From NCBI GenBank assembly GCA_963828525.1, contig CAWHEP010000011.1:1-64000 (forward strand): a stretch of 64,000 nt of DNA, written 5' to 3'. This DNA comes from an uncultured Verrucomicrobiae bacterium. Lineage in GTDB: Bacteria; Verrucomicrobiota; Verrucomicrobiia; Chthoniobacterales; Chthoniobacteraceae. The notes beneath the pieces are model-generated. The model did not search any database and had not been told where the DNA came from. It saw nothing but the letters and a program-made list of their open reading frames with translations. A program made the position numbers and the translations under genes. Positions 29,001 through 40,071 of this stretch are shown here, piece by piece (positions within the stretch are counted from its first letter, which is position 1; every line of letters begins with the position of its first letter).

Positions 29001-30167
29001 ATGGGTTCGCTAAACAAATTTCCCCTTCTTCAACCGGAGTCGATCCGCCCCAACGCGAGGGTTGCCGACCTCATTGACGGCGTGTTTAAGGCCTACAACG
29101 GGGGGCGGCTTGCGGAAGGGTGCCGGCTGTTTTCGAACAAGATGCTGACCGGCGATTCCCTCGTCGGCATGTCCGTTACGGGGGCGCTCACTCCCGCCGG
29201 CCTGGGAAAAAGCGCAATCGTGCCTCTATTAAAAGCGGGTTTTGTGGACTGGATCGTGTCCACCGGAGCCAATCTCTACCATGATCTTCATTTCGGGCTC
29301 GGGATGGAAATGTACGCGGGCTCTCCTTTCATGGACGACATCGTCCTGCGCAATGAAGGTGTAATACGCATATACGATGTGCTTTTCACCTATGACGTCC
29401 TTCTGGACACGGACGCTTTTGTAAGAAAGGTGATCCAGGAACCGGAGTTTCAGAAAACGATGGGCACGGACGAATTCCATTTCCGTCTCGGCAGGTATGT
29501 TTTCGAGCGCGAAAAGAAGCTGGGGCTTAAGGAAACCAGCGTGCTCAGCGCCGCCTTCCAGTTCGGGGTTCCTGTTTTCACGAGTTCCCCCGGAGACAGC
29601 TCCATCGGGATGAATGTTGCAGCGATGTCGCTGCGAGACTCCCGCCTCCAGTTCGATGTGAACCGGGACGTAAACCAGACGGCTGCCATCGTTTACGCGG
29701 CCAAGGCGGCAGGTTCGAGATCGAGCGTGTTCATCCTGGGTGGAGGATCACCCAAAAATTTCATTCTGCAGACTGAACCGCAAATCCAGGAAGTGATGGG
29801 CATCGCGGAGAGAGGGCACGACTATTTCCTGCAATGCACGGACGCCCGTCCAGACACAGGCGGACTTAGTGGCGCCACGCCGGGAGAGGCGGTAAGCTGG
29901 GGTAAAATCGACCCGGGCAATCTGCCGGATTGTGTCGTCTGCTACGTAGATTCCACGATTTCACTGCCCCTCATAACGGCATACGCGTTATCCCGAGTGA
30001 AGCCTCGCAAGCGCAAACGGCTGTACGACCGGAGAGAGGAGATTCTTGATCGCCTCAGAGAGGAATATTTCAAACGGGGTACCGTGGAGAAGGTGGAGCA
30101 CCGGACTGACGTCAGCTCCCCGGCCGGCGGTAAAACGAAGTCGAAAAAGGCGAGAGTTCCGAAGTGA
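29001..30167 (+). CDS. Deoxyhypusine synthase-like protein (polyamine / homospermidine-type)
   Basis: [41 protein letters not shown] with catalytic Lys. Confidence 0.9.
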   Translation: MGSLNKFPLLQPESIRPNARVADLIDGVFKAYNGGRLAEGCRLFSNKMLTGDSLVGMSVTGALTPAGLGKSAIVPLLKAGFVDWIVSTGANLYHDLHFGLGMEMYAGSPFMDDIVLRNEGVIRIYDVLFTYDVLLDTDAFVRKVIQEPEFQKTMGTDEFHFRLGRYVFEREKKLGLKETSVLSAAFQFGVPVFTSSPGDSSIGMNVAAMSLRDSRLQFDVNRDVNQTAAIVYAAKAAGSRSSVFILGGGSPKNFILQTEPQIQEVMGIAERGHDYFLQCTDARPDTGGLSGATPGEAVSWGKIDPGNLPDCVVCYVDSTISLPLITAYALSRVKPRKRKRLYDRREEILDRLREEYFKRGTVEKVEHRTDVSSPAGGKTKSKKARVPK

Positions 30168-31486
30168 AAGTCCTCAATTATGCCGAAGCTGGCTTCGAAG
30201 CAGCATTGAAGCAGCTCAATCGCGCTTCGGAGCCCGCGGCGAATGTCGAGAAATCCGTGAAGAGGATCATCGCGGAGGTGCGCTCTCAAGGTGACGCCGG
30301 TTTGTTGCGCTTGACGCGCAAGTTTGGCGGGCCTCGCATGGATGGCGCGCAGTTGAGAGTCTCTCAGGAGGAGATCGAAATCGCGGAGCAGAACGTTCCG
30401 GACTCGGCGAGGAAAGCCATTTCAGGCGCTCACGCAAATGTCCTCGCATTCGCAAAGCGAGGGTTGCGCAAGGAGTGGTCGATGAAAAATCGACAGGGTG
30501 CTCAGGTCGGTGAGCGATTCGATCCATATCAACGGGTGGGAATTTACGTCCCAGGTGGGACGGCTCCTTTGGTCTCCTCGGCCATCATGACAGTCACGCT
30601 GGCGGCAGCCGCTGGAGTTCCCCAGATCGTGGTGATGACGCCGCCGGACGCGTCAGGCTGTTTGAACGCGCGCCTTCTCTACGCGCTGCAGTACGCGGGA
30701 GCGACCGAGATTTATAAGGCGGGCGGCGCGCAGGCGATCGCGGCCCTCGCGTACGGAACGACCATGGTTGCTCCCGTTCTGAAAATTTTTGGGCCTGGCA
30801 ATGCCTACGTGGTGGAGGCAAAACGCCAGGTATTCGGCCGTGTCGCCGTTGATCTTCTCCCGGGTCCGAGTGAGATCATGGTAATCGCCGACAAGACCGC
30901 GCGGGCGTCATGGATTGCGGCTGATCTACTGGCACAGGCGGAACACGGGCGCGGCAGCAGTGTCGGGCTGGTAACGGACTGTGAACGCCTGCTGAGGGAG
31001 GTGGAAAGCCAGTTGGCGATTCAGACGAAGCTTCTTAGCAGATCCGCGCACCTCGCGGAAGCTCTCGACGAGGGCTTGTTTCTCATCCTGGTCGGGAAGA
31101 TCGGGGACGCGGCGCGCATTGCCAATGAATTTGCTCCGGAACACCTCTCCATCGTGGCGAAGAATGACGAGAAGATTGCGAGGTCGATCTTCACAGCGGG
31201 CGCGATTTTCCTTGGCCCGTTCTCCCCGGTTGTGGGTGGAGACTTCGTGGCGGGTCCAAGCCACGAGCTGCCTACCGGAGGTGCTGGCAAGTCCTTCTGC
31301 GGTCTCACGGTGGATCAATTTCAGCGCCGCACGAGCGTCCTACGATTCGACGAACTCTCCCTGGCAAAGTCCCTTCCTGTGATTCAGGCGTTCAGCGACA
31401 TGGAGGGACTCGACGCGCACGGGCGTTCCGCCTCCATCCGAGTTGAAGTTCCCAGCGCGCGCGGGAAGAGGGAGCCTCGCCCATGA
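30164..31486 (+). CDS. hisD: Histidinol dehydrogenase
   Basis: [39 protein letters not shown]. Confidence 0.95.
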   Translation: MKVLNYAEAGFEAALKQLNRASEPAANVEKSVKRIIAEVRSQGDAGLLRLTRKFGGPRMDGAQLRVSQEEIEIAEQNVPDSARKAISGAHANVLAFAKRGLRKEWSMKNRQGAQVGERFDPYQRVGIYVPGGTAPLVSSAIMTVTLAAAAGVPQIVVMTPPDASGCLNARLLYALQYAGATEIYKAGGAQAIAALAYGTTMVAPVLKIFGPGNAYVVEAKRQVFGRVAVDLLPGPSEIMVIADKTARASWIAADLLAQAEHGRGSSVGLVTDCERLLREVESQLAIQTKLLSRSAHLAEALDEGLFLILVGKIGDAARIANEFAPEHLSIVAKNDEKIARSIFTAGAIFLGPFSPVVGGDFVAGPSHELPTGGAGKSFCGLTVDQFQRRTSVLRFDELSLAKSLPVIQAFSDMEGLDAHGRSASIRVEVPSARGKREPRP

Positions 31487-32745
31487 TCTCCTTAAAAGAA
31501 ACAATACTGGAGTTCGGCCAGCGCTCACGCGCCGCGGCTCGCGCTCTGGCGGGCATGTCTTCCGCCCGGAAGAACGAGGCTCTGCGGTTCATGGCGGCGG
31601 AGGTGCGCCTGCGCTCCGACGCGATATTGCAGGCGAATCAGGAGGATTTGCGGAAGGCTGCGGAGGATCGACTCTCCGCCGCGATGACGGATCGCCTGAG
31701 CCTGAACGCGAAGCGCCTGAATGCGATGGCTGAGGGCATCGAGAATGTGGCCATGCTTGAAGATCCGGTGGGCAGCGTCATCAACGAACGAGTTCGCCCG
31801 AACGGTCTGCGCATATCGAAAGTCCGCGTGCCCATCGGCGTGGTAGGAATCATCTACGAGTCCCGACCCAACGTGACCAGCGACGCGGCGGTGCTCTGTA
31901 CAAAGACCGGCAACTCGACCATCCTGAGAGGAGGTTCGGAATCAATTCATTCCAATATGGCGATCGCGGACGCGCTCCGGCATGGCGCGGCGAGGGCTGG
32001 CCTTCCGGAAGATTGTATTATTCTCGTTCCCGTTACTGATCGGGAAGCCGTGCGGCATATGGCTGCGATGGACGAGTACATTGATCTCATTGTGCCAAGA
32101 GGAGGGCGCGCGCTCATCGAAGCCGTCGTGGCGCACGCGCGCATGCCGGTGATCAAGCATTACCACGGCGTCTGCATAGCGTATGTGGACAAGGACGCGG
32201 ATATCGAAATGGCGCGCAGCATTGTGATGAATGGGAAAACGCAGCGCCCTGGAGTCTGCAATGCCCTTGAGACCGTGCTCGTGCATCGCGACATCGCGCC
32301 GCGCTTTTTCGAGGAAGTCGGCAAAGAGCTTCTCCACGAAGGAGTGGAGATTCGTGGAGACGCGGAAGCGATGCGGCTGGGCGGCCCGGCCATAAAGCCC
32401 GCCACAGAGCAGGACTGGACGACCGAGTATCTGGACATGATCATTGCCGCCCGGGTCGTGGGTAGCCTCGAAGACGCAATGGATCATATCGCGAGATATG
32501 GGTCACATCACAGCGACTGCATCGTGACCGCTCGCGAGCAAACGGCTGAACGATTTCTGACCGGGGTGGATTCCGCCACTGTGTATTGGAATGCCTCAAC
32601 GCGCTTTACGGATGGAGGCGAGTTTGGTTTCGGCGCCGAGATCGGGATCAGCACGGACAAATTGCACGCGCGCGGGCCAATGGGCCTGGAGGAACTTACG
32701 ACCTACAAGTATATCATCCGCGGTACCGGCCAGGTAAGAGAATAG
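31483..32745 (+). CDS. proA: Gamma-glutamyl phosphate reductase
   Basis: IIYESRPNVT, VCNALET, NASTRFTDG, KLHARGPMGL. Confidence 0.96.
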   Translation: MISLKETILEFGQRSRAAARALAGMSSARKNEALRFMAAEVRLRSDAILQANQEDLRKAAEDRLSAAMTDRLSLNAKRLNAMAEGIENVAMLEDPVGSVINERVRPNGLRISKVRVPIGVVGIIYESRPNVTSDAAVLCTKTGNSTILRGGSESIHSNMAIADALRHGAARAGLPEDCIILVPVTDREAVRHMAAMDEYIDLIVPRGGRALIEAVVAHARMPVIKHYHGVCIAYVDKDADIEMARSIVMNGKTQRPGVCNALETVLVHRDIAPRFFEEVGKELLHEGVEIRGDAEAMRLGGPAIKPATEQDWTTEYLDMIIAARVVGSLEDAMDHIARYGSHHSDCIVTAREQTAERFLTGVDSATVYWNASTRFTDGGEFGFGAEIGISTDKLHARGPMGLEELTTYKYIIRGTGQVRE

Positions 32746-32822
32746 ACGCAAACCTGGTTTAGGCGATCCTGCTCGCAATCTCCCGGCCAGCCCCTATAGA
32801 TGGTCTGCGGAAACCCTTACTT

Positions 32823-35093
32823 ATGAAAAATTTTCAACTCATTCCCCCGATTCGCCTTGCCGCGCCCTTGCTTATGATGGGCCTGCTGGCTTCCTGTGAA
32901 AAAACCGCTTCGGTAACCAGCGACAGCAGCACTCCGGCGCCAGCCCAGGCACAAGCCGGCCTGGACGATTCGTTCGGGTTTATGAGTCAAACTCCCGCGA
33001 ATGTGGAGGCTTACGTGGGCTGTTATCACGCGGGCAAGACGTGGCAGGATGTTGTTCACAGCAAGGCATTTGCCAACCTGCGTTCGAACGCGCTCACGAG
33101 GAAAGCGGTGGCTGCCGCGCAGATGGGTTTGGCTCTCGCCGACCAATTCAGGCATCTCTACGCGCCCATGACGTCCGGGTCCACAGCCGTGGCGAGCGCT
33201 ACTGCCAGTCCCGCGGTTGTTGCGGCCGGCATCCTGTCAGATCCCCGTTGGGCAGGGTTGAAACACATTCTCGGCGATGCGTTGGGGAACGAATTCTTCC
33301 TGAGTTTCGCCGAAGGCGCCACATCGAAACTTGAGACCTGGCAGGCCTTTCAGAAGGAGACGCGGCTTCTACAGTTCAAAGGTCAAATCGCGAGCCTCAC
33401 CGGGTCCAACGGTAAATCGGGAATGTGGACGGCGGATGCCTTACCGCAACTGGCGCCTTATCTGAAGACCCTGGAGGTCCCTCCCACCGTGCTTGGATTC
33501 AAGGTGCTCACCCAGAAGGTGGCGATCCAGCAACAAATCGATTCCCTTGAGGCAAAGCTTCCCGCCACTGTGATAAAGGCCGCGTTTGATGTTGCAGGAA
33601 AGCCCTTTAAGTCGTGGACGTTTGTGGCAGGCAGTCTGGTTCCCGCTGAGTTGCAAGGGAAGTGGCGCGCGGCGCTTGAGAAGGAAGTCGGCGACAAGGC
33701 TGTCGCGGATGGCTACTTCGACGCGCTGGCGGCGCGCAAGCTTGAGGTCGCTTTCGGCTACATCGGCGACTACCTCCTCGTTTCTATCGGAACGGATCAC
33801 GCGCACCTGAAAGTCGCGGCGTCGCGAGGCGAGTCACTCCTGCACATCCCTGAGATGAGCGTTCTGAAACCGTACGCTTCGGAGTCGATCTTCACGACAG
33901 CGTGGACAAGCCAGAAATGCCTGGACATCTATTATCAGAATACGCGCGTGGAGCTGCTCCCCTTCTTCGAAGAAGCGCGGCCTTCTGTCGACGCGTATCT
34001 TTCGCCCGAAGGATCACTGCGTCTCGAGTCAGACCTTCGCAGGCTGGACGAGAAGGCGAAGAACCTGTTCAAGCCCAGCAAAATACAGGCTCAGGTGGCG
34101 GTGAGTTTCTGGAAGGATGGTCTCCACAGCGAAGCGTATGGAGGAGTGATGTTTGCCGGCCTGAATTCTCAACATCCTTTGCGATTCGAAGCGACCGATA
34201 CGGCGTCATCCTTCTTTTGGGCTGGCAAGCAGGCGGACCCAGCCTTTTCCGCCGCCCTGGTCGACTGGGTTGAGGATCTTACCAGCAGCCTGTTTGGGGT
34301 TTACCACACCGCGATCCTTCCCAAGCTGCCTGACGCGCAGCGCATGCAATACTCCATGGTGGAGGGGCTTGTCCTTCCAAAGCTGACTGCGCTTTACCAG
34401 ATTACCCGTGATCAACTTTTAAAGAGCCTTGGCACCGAAGCCGCCGTGAGCGTGGATCTGAATGGGGCGATGCCAGCGATGCCGCTTGTGCCTTTGCCCG
34501 TGCAGCAGGGCGGCAGGATGCCGCGCGTGGCGCTCCTCAGAAACGTGAACGATCCCAAGCTTCTCTCGCAGAGTTGGACCAGCTACTTCAATCTCGCGCA
34601 AGAGATCAGCATGATGCTGCCGCCGACCATGCAGATGCAAGGGGGACTCGCGCAGCCGAAAAGCAAACCCGCAGCCGGAGGAACAACCTACTTCTACTCG
34701 CTGCCCATGGAAACTGGTGACCTCCTCCCGAATATCACCATTTCCAGCACGCACGACTTAATCGCAAGCACTTCGCTGAGTTACGCGTCCGAAGTGGACG
34801 GGCTTCTTTCCAAGGCTCTGGCGACCGATTCCCTCCCTTCCGCCCTTAAGATCGATATTCACATGACCGCTCTCTTTGACTTCGCGGAAAAGTGGATCGG
34901 AGTGGCGAGCCAGAACACCGACACGTTCTTCAAGGGAGATCCATCCGCCGCGGCCCGTTTCAAAAGAAACGAGATTGCGATAACCGGCCTTCTCAAGAGT
35001 CTGCGCGCCTTCCAGGGGATGGAGGGGCGGCTCTACGAAGAGAATGGTGGCATTCGCTTTTCCTCGGTGTTGCATGTCCACGACATACAGTGA
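32823..35093 (+). CDS. Large hypothetical lipoprotein (756 aa)
   Basis: Lipobox LLAS-C after a hydrophobic stretch; no recognised domain. Confidence 0.75.
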   Translation: MKNFQLIPPIRLAAPLLMMGLLASCEKTASVTSDSSTPAPAQAQAGLDDSFGFMSQTPANVEAYVGCYHAGKTWQDVVHSKAFANLRSNALTRKAVAAAQMGLALADQFRHLYAPMTSGSTAVASATASPAVVAAGILSDPRWAGLKHILGDALGNEFFLSFAEGATSKLETWQAFQKETRLLQFKGQIASLTGSNGKSGMWTADALPQLAPYLKTLEVPPTVLGFKVLTQKVAIQQQIDSLEAKLPATVIKAAFDVAGKPFKSWTFVAGSLVPAELQGKWRAALEKEVGDKAVADGYFDALAARKLEVAFGYIGDYLLVSIGTDHAHLKVAASRGESLLHIPEMSVLKPYASESIFTTAWTSQKCLDIYYQNTRVELLPFFEEARPSVDAYLSPEGSLRLESDLRRLDEKAKNLFKPSKIQAQVAVSFWKDGLHSEAYGGVMFAGLNSQHPLRFEATDTASSFFWAGKQADPAFSAALVDWVEDLTSSLFGVYHTAILPKLPDAQRMQYSMVEGLVLPKLTALYQITRDQLLKSLGTEAAVSVDLNGAMPAMPLVPLPVQQGGRMPRVALLRNVNDPKLLSQSWTSYFNLAQEISMMLPPTMQMQGGLAQPKSKPAAGGTTYFYSLPMETGDLLPNITISSTHDLIASTSLSYASEVDGLLSKALATDSLPSALKIDIHMTALFDFAEKWIGVASQNTDTFFKGDPSAAARFKRNEIAITGLLKSLRAFQGMEGRLYEENGGIRFSSVLHVHDIQ

Positions 35094-35120
35094 CCGGCAA
35101 CGTCACTGATCCGTGATCGC

Positions 35121-35918
35121 ATGCGGAAGCTCGACGAAGTCCAGGAAGCAGCGCGCGCGCAATTCTCGCGGCAAAGTCGCCATTATGGGCAGAGCCACAT
35201 CCTTGAAAATGTGGATGATGTTCGGGCGGCGCTCTCTCACCTTGCGCTGCCCACCGCCTGCCGCGTTTTGGATGTCGCGGCGGGAGCTGGTCATACGGGC
35301 CTGTGCCTCGCGGCGCTCGGCCATGATGTCACGCTTGCGGATATCGCCGCGCCCATGTTGGAAAGAGTGCGTGAGAGTGCCGCCGCGCGTGGCCTCGAGG
35401 TCACGACGAATCAGCATGCAGCAGAGGAATTGCCATACCCGGACGCGTCTTTCGATTTGGTGACGTGCCGCGTAGCCGCTCATCACTTTAGCGATACAGG
35501 CGCGTTTTTTGCTGAGGCTGCCCGTGTTCTAAGACCCTGCGGATCGTTCCTTCTGATCGACGGCGCGGCGCCGGACGGAGAGCCAGAAGCAGAAGAATGG
35601 ATCCATAGTATCGAAAAGCATCGTGACCCCAGTCACAACCGTCTGCTCACGCCTCAGCGAGCAGCAGGTTTGTGCCAGCAGAGCGGTCTTCAGGTCCTGA
35701 GAACGGAGATCACCGAGTTCAAGCAACCTGATCTTGAATGGTATTTCGAGACTGCCGCAACTTCGCAGGAAAACAGATCCGCGGTTCGACGCCTTGTTGC
35801 CGAAGCGCCCGCCTCCGCGCGGCGCGTCTTTCGCGTCGCGGAGGAGGACGGCAAAATAGTCTGGTGGTGGAAGAGGCTGACGCTTCTCGCCACCAAATCG
35901 GGCCGTCTTTCCGGCTAG
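35121..35918 (+). CDS. Class I SAM-dependent methyltransferase (YafE/YcgJ-like)
   Basis: VLDVAAGAGH, FDLVTCRVAAHHF, RDPSH. Confidence 0.9.
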   Translation: MRKLDEVQEAARAQFSRQSRHYGQSHILENVDDVRAALSHLALPTACRVLDVAAGAGHTGLCLAALGHDVTLADIAAPMLERVRESAAARGLEVTTNQHAAEELPYPDASFDLVTCRVAAHHFSDTGAFFAEAARVLRPCGSFLLIDGAAPDGEPEAEEWIHSIEKHRDPSHNRLLTPQRAAGLCQQSGLQVLRTEITEFKQPDLEWYFETAATSQENRSAVRRLVAEAPASARRVFRVAEEDGKIVWWWKRLTLLATKSGRLSG

Positions 35919-36064
35919 ATGCCGCGGCGGCCGCCGATAACCTGCAGAAGGAGAACTACGACAGCGACGATCAACAGGATGTGGATGTAAGCGCCGATCG
36001 CGTGGAAGCTAACCAGACCAACGAGCCAAAGAACCATTAGAATAACGAAGATTGTCCAGAGCAT
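35915..36064 (-). CDS. lmo0937-family small membrane protein (49 aa; below the ORF-track cutoff)
   Basis: MLWTIFVILMVLWLVGLVSFHAIGAYIHILLIVAVVVLLLQVIGGRRGI. Confidence 0.85.
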   Translation of the reverse strand: MLWTIFVILMVLWLVGLVSFHAIGAYIHILLIVAVVVLLLQVIGGRRGI

Positions 36065-36172
36065 ATAAGTAGGGGTGTTTACTTACGAATCGGACGCGCC
36101 GCTGCAATGAGCGCCTGGGTCCTTAAGTTTTCCGAAGAATTACGGACCCCCTTAAAGTCGACTCGCGCTCCG

Positions 36173-37021
36173 TTAAGAAGTGACCTTCTTCGCGATCTTC
36201 TCGCGGCCTCTCTCCAGAATTTTCTTCTCAGCCCGTGTGAGGCTGTGAATCCCTTCTCTGGAAATCTTGTCAAGGACAGGATCGATCTCCTGGCTGATAA
36301 ACTGGGCCGGGCTCATCCGCGCGAACCGTTCAGCGCGCTGGCGGCGTTTGAAGATATATTTTTGGATAAACAGCGGGTTTCCGTATCCCAGTTGTTTGAT
36401 GTAAACCCACCCGAGCAAGCAGCCAGCGAGATGCGCCAGATGAGAGGTCGTTCCCAAAGTGGGGCTGAAGAATACCAGGAACAAAGAAACCAGAGTAAGG
36501 CCCGCGGCAAAGAATTTGGCTTTCAGGCGCAACGGCAGGACGAAAAAAATCCATGCCGTCAACTCCATCTCTGGCAGGATCGTCGTAAAAGCGATGACTA
36601 CCGCGCACACCCCCGCGGAGGCTCCCATGAGCGGCACCGCCGGGCCCCACAGGAGGTGAGCGATGCCTCCAGCCAACCCTCCTCCGAAATAGATTGCGAG
36701 CAGATGCCGTGATCCGATGAGAGACTCAACCTCGCGCGCGGCAAAGTAGAGAGAGGCCATGTTCACGAAGAGGTGAAGCGGTCCCTGATGAAGGAACATG
36801 TAGGTGATGAGCTGCCACCCATACCAATGACGCAGCAGGGAGTCCCGGCTCAAGGCCAGCAGGTTTTCCAGCTCGGCGGCGCCAGGTTCTCCCGCAAGGA
36901 ATCGAACGCAATACTGAGCGATGAACAGACCCGCAGTTGCTCCAATGAGGATGGTGGAAGCAGCCGGACGACCGCTTGACCAACCCCGCGCAAAGATTTG
37001 AACCTGTCTTGGAGATCGCAT
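36173..37021 (-). CDS. Rhomboid family intramembrane serine protease
   Basis: WQLITYMFLH, HLFVNM, GASAG, AHLAG. Confidence 0.9.
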   Translation of the reverse strand: MRSPRQVQIFARGWSSGRPAASTILIGATAGLFIAQYCVRFLAGEPGAAELENLLALSRDSLLRHWYGWQLITYMFLHQGPLHLFVNMASLYFAAREVESLIGSRHLLAIYFGGGLAGGIAHLLWGPAVPLMGASAGVCAVVIAFTTILPEMELTAWIFFVLPLRLKAKFFAAGLTLVSLFLVFFSPTLGTTSHLAHLAGCLLGWVYIKQLGYGNPLFIQKYIFKRRQRAERFARMSPAQFISQEIDPVLDKISREGIHSLTRAEKKILERGREKIAKKVTS

Positions 37022-37091
37022 CAGGTGGAGGCAGAATCCCGAGGCAAGATTATTCTACGCCAGCGCTTTTGTCGAATCGCATTTGCGCGTT

Positions 37092-37952
37092 TCAACCCTT
37101 GCAGATCACCTTCAGTTTGCGATGCGAAATTCGGAATATGACGGGGAGATTGTCGATCACTTCTCCATCCACCTCCACCGGCACCTTTTGCTCGCTCCGG
37201 ATCGACGCTTTGGCAGTCTGGAAGTATTCCACATCGGGAAGGGTAATATGGGTGCCGAATATCACGCCGTTCAGGTAGCGAACAATATCCAGATACCCAA
37301 GGTTCTTGAAGATTAATACGTCCAGCTTGCCGTCATCGATGCAAGCCTCCTTGAAGATGGTGAAGGGGCCGCCGTAGAAGCGGCCATTCCCGATCAGAAC
37401 AAACGAGCCTTCTGTCTCTTTGCCATCGGCCTCGACGACGAGCTTGGGAGGCTTGCGAGCGGCTATCTGCGCGGCGGAGATGACATAGCTTAACGGGCCA
37501 AAGTTCTTCCGGAAGTTCCAGCTCGTCTCCTGCACGACCTGGGCGTCCAATCCGACACCCGCCAACTGCACGAAATAGTGCCGGTTCGCGCGCGGCAAAT
37601 CTACAGCGCGAGTATGGCCCGCTTGTATGATCTCCCAGCATTTGCGCAGGTTGCCCAGGGGCAGGCCGAGTTCCGCCGCAAACACGTTCATCGTTCCGAT
37701 TGGCAGAATGCCCAGGGATACATCCGAGCCGGCAATCCCATTCACCACTTCGTTTATGGTGCCATCGCCTCCGGCTGCCACTACTTTCGAGAACCCCTCG
37801 TCCACAGCGCGCCGCGCGAGGTCACGCGCGTGCCCGCGAGACAGGGAAAGGCTGACGTAAGCGCCCAGTGCCATGCGCTCGATCTTTTCCGTCATCGACT
37901 TCGCCTTCTCTCCGCGAGCGGCGGGGTTTAGAATGACGACTGTCTTGTTCAT
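37092..37952 (-). CDS. Diacylglycerol/lipid kinase family (YegS/DgkB-like)
   Basis: NPAAR, GGDGTINEV, PIGTMN, EVDGE. Confidence 0.92.
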   Translation of the reverse strand: MNKTVVILNPAARGEKAKSMTEKIERMALGAYVSLSLSRGHARDLARRAVDEGFSKVVAAGGDGTINEVVNGIAGSDVSLGILPIGTMNVFAAELGLPLGNLRKCWEIIQAGHTRAVDLPRANRHYFVQLAGVGLDAQVVQETSWNFRKNFGPLSYVISAAQIAARKPPKLVVEADGKETEGSFVLIGNGRFYGGPFTIFKEACIDDGKLDVLIFKNLGYLDIVRYLNGVIFGTHITLPDVEYFQTAKASIRSEQKVPVEVDGEVIDNLPVIFRISHRKLKVICKG

Positions 37953-38002
37953 CTGAGCGCCTTCGGACTTTCCTTTCGGCTTCGGGCCGTTACTTTGGCA
38001 GC

Positions 38003-39514
38003 GTGCATAAAGTTGCCAAGGCTATTCTCGTCGCGGGCTGCATCCTCGCGGCCCTGGTGACCGTGGGAATGCTCTGCGTAAACTTGTACGTTCAATCCTC
38101 CGGAGTTCAGATCCGCATCGCGAAGGCGATGGGGGAAGCAGCTCACCTCGAGATCAAATTAACGGGAGCGAATTTCACCCCTTGGAGCGGCCTCAGGCTT
38201 ACCGGACTTGAAGCGCCGCAGCCTGATCCGTCCCACCCGGGCGACTTTTTCCAAGCTCCGGAGATTCACGCTCGCATCGCTCTCCTGCCGCTGTTGCGCC
38301 GCAGGTGCGTAGTGAAGGAACTTGCGGTGGTTGATTCGGCTGTGACGTGGTACCAAGACGAGAATGGGAGCTGGCAGCTGCCCGCGGCGCAGGCTCCACA
38401 GCCTGCCGAGGCGCCGGTTATTGTCTCAGCGTCGCCTCCTTCGCCCACCGTCCCCGCAGCGCCTCCGAACGTCGCGCCTTCGGTGTCCGCGCCCCCCTTC
38501 AGGCTCGCTGTGGATCACTTCCGATTGAAGCGGGGGGCGCTGGAATTTCTCGACCATGGCGGGCGCTCCGTGGCGGCGTTCTCCGGTGTGTATGTCGATT
38601 GCCCAAACCCGAGAGCAGACTTTGTCACCGGGAAAGCGAGGGTCAGCGAGGCCTCCATCCGCGACTTCCTGAAGCTGCGCGATCTGAGCGCCACGTTCAG
38701 CTTCGACAAGGGCAATTTGCTCTTGCCTGCCTGGGACGCCCATCTCGCGCAGGGACGAATTGCCGGATCCTTCCAGATGCGCGCCGCTGTTGCTGAATCC
38801 CCGTTTTCGGCGGAGGCGCGCTTTGATAACGTCGAAGTCGCCCGAGTTATTCCTCCGAGATTCCAGTCAATGGTATCGGCGCAGGGTTTTCTCGATGGGT
38901 TCCTTTCTGTGTCTGGCAATGCCAAGCGCCAGGAATCCATCCTGGGAAAGGGGCGTGTTACGCTCCGTTCCGGCAGGGTCAGGTATCCACTGTTCCAGAC
39001 TCTGGGCGACCTGTTGCGGATCGACGAACTCTCAGAACTCGATCTGGATCGCGCGGAGCTCGACTACCACTTGGCCGACGGCAAGTTGATCGTGGATGAA
39101 TTGCTCCTGGGATCGCGAAATCTACAGGTATCCGCGAAGGGCAAAGTGCGGTTTGACGGACAGTTGGAGCTTGTGGCCCGGCTTACACTCGACCAAAAAG
39201 TGTTCGATAGACTCCCTTCTTTTGTAGCGGAAAATTTCGCGACCTCGGCGGGGGCCGGATCGCATTATCGGGACATTAACGTCACGGGGTCCGTTGCTTC
39301 GCCAAAAACGGATCTGGTGGAACGCGATGCCGGCAAGAAAATCAAACGAGAGATTGGTGATTTGCTCCGCAATGTATTCGGCGCCAGGCGCAAGGAGGAT
39401 AAGCGTCCGCCAGTCGTTCACGCTCCCGCGCTTCCGACCTTCATAGAGCCAATACCTGCCAGCTCGGCAAGTCGTTCGCCTTTTCCCCCAGGAGCCGGGA
39501 GCGGATCGGAGTGA
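38003..39514 (+). CDS. AsmA-like family protein
   Basis: N-terminal TM anchor, beta-rich repeats, C-terminal G.V.FDG.L...VTGSVASPK. Confidence 0.7.
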   Translation: MHKVAKAILVAGCILAALVTVGMLCVNLYVQSSGVQIRIAKAMGEAAHLEIKLTGANFTPWSGLRLTGLEAPQPDPSHPGDFFQAPEIHARIALLPLLRRRCVVKELAVVDSAVTWYQDENGSWQLPAAQAPQPAEAPVIVSASPPSPTVPAAPPNVAPSVSAPPFRLAVDHFRLKRGALEFLDHGGRSVAAFSGVYVDCPNPRADFVTGKARVSEASIRDFLKLRDLSATFSFDKGNLLLPAWDAHLAQGRIAGSFQMRAAVAESPFSAEARFDNVEVARVIPPRFQSMVSAQGFLDGFLSVSGNAKRQESILGKGRVTLRSGRVRYPLFQTLGDLLRIDELSELDLDRAELDYHLADGKLIVDELLLGSRNLQVSAKGKVRFDGQLELVARLTLDQKVFDRLPSFVAENFATSAGAGSHYRDINVTGSVASPKTDLVERDAGKKIKREIGDLLRNVFGARRKEDKRPPVVHAPALPTFIEPIPASSASRSPFPPGAGSGSE

Positions 39515-40068
39515 GGGTGGTGGCAGGGTCGGCGGGTGGCATCAGGATTGACTCCCCCCGCCCTGAAACGCGGCCCACGATGGATAAAGTGAAAGCCGCC
39601 ATCTTCTCGAGCTTGGGAGATTTCATTCAGGGGGCGCGGGTTTTGGACCTTTTCGCTGGAAGCGGGGGTCTTGGAATCGAAGCGCTTAGCAGGGGGTGCG
39701 CATCGGCCACATTTGTGGATGAGGACGCGCGAGCGGTCGACGCGGTGAAGTCAAATCTCGGCAAGGCCCGCCTGGAAGGGGTTGTCGTTCGAGCGGATGT
39801 TTTTGGCTTCCTTGCGAAGCAGGCGGAGTTGCCTCCTTACGACCTGGTCTTTGCGGACCCTCCCTACGCCCGCTTGGCCGCCGCTCGCGACTATGCGGCC
39901 GAGTTGCTTCACGATTCATCACTTCCAGGCTGTGTCACGGATGAAGGCCTTTTTGTTCTTGAGCGAATCTGGAGGAAGGAGCCAGCGGCACACGTGAACT
40001 GGCATGTAACCAAATCAAAAAAGTACGGGGAGACGGAGGTTATCTTTCTCCGCAGGAACGCCCGCTGA
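39511..40068 (+). CDS. rsmD: 16S rRNA m2G966 methyltransferase
   Basis: MRVVAG, TRPT.DKVK, LDLFAGSG, DPPY. Confidence 0.92.
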   Translation: MRVVAGSAGGIRIDSPRPETRPTMDKVKAAIFSSLGDFIQGARVLDLFAGSGGLGIEALSRGCASATFVDEDARAVDAVKSNLGKARLEGVVVRADVFGFLAKQAELPPYDLVFADPPYARLAAARDYAAELLHDSSLPGCVTDEGLFVLERIWRKEPAAHVNWHVTKSKKYGETEVIFLRRNAR

Positions 40069-40071
40069 TCC

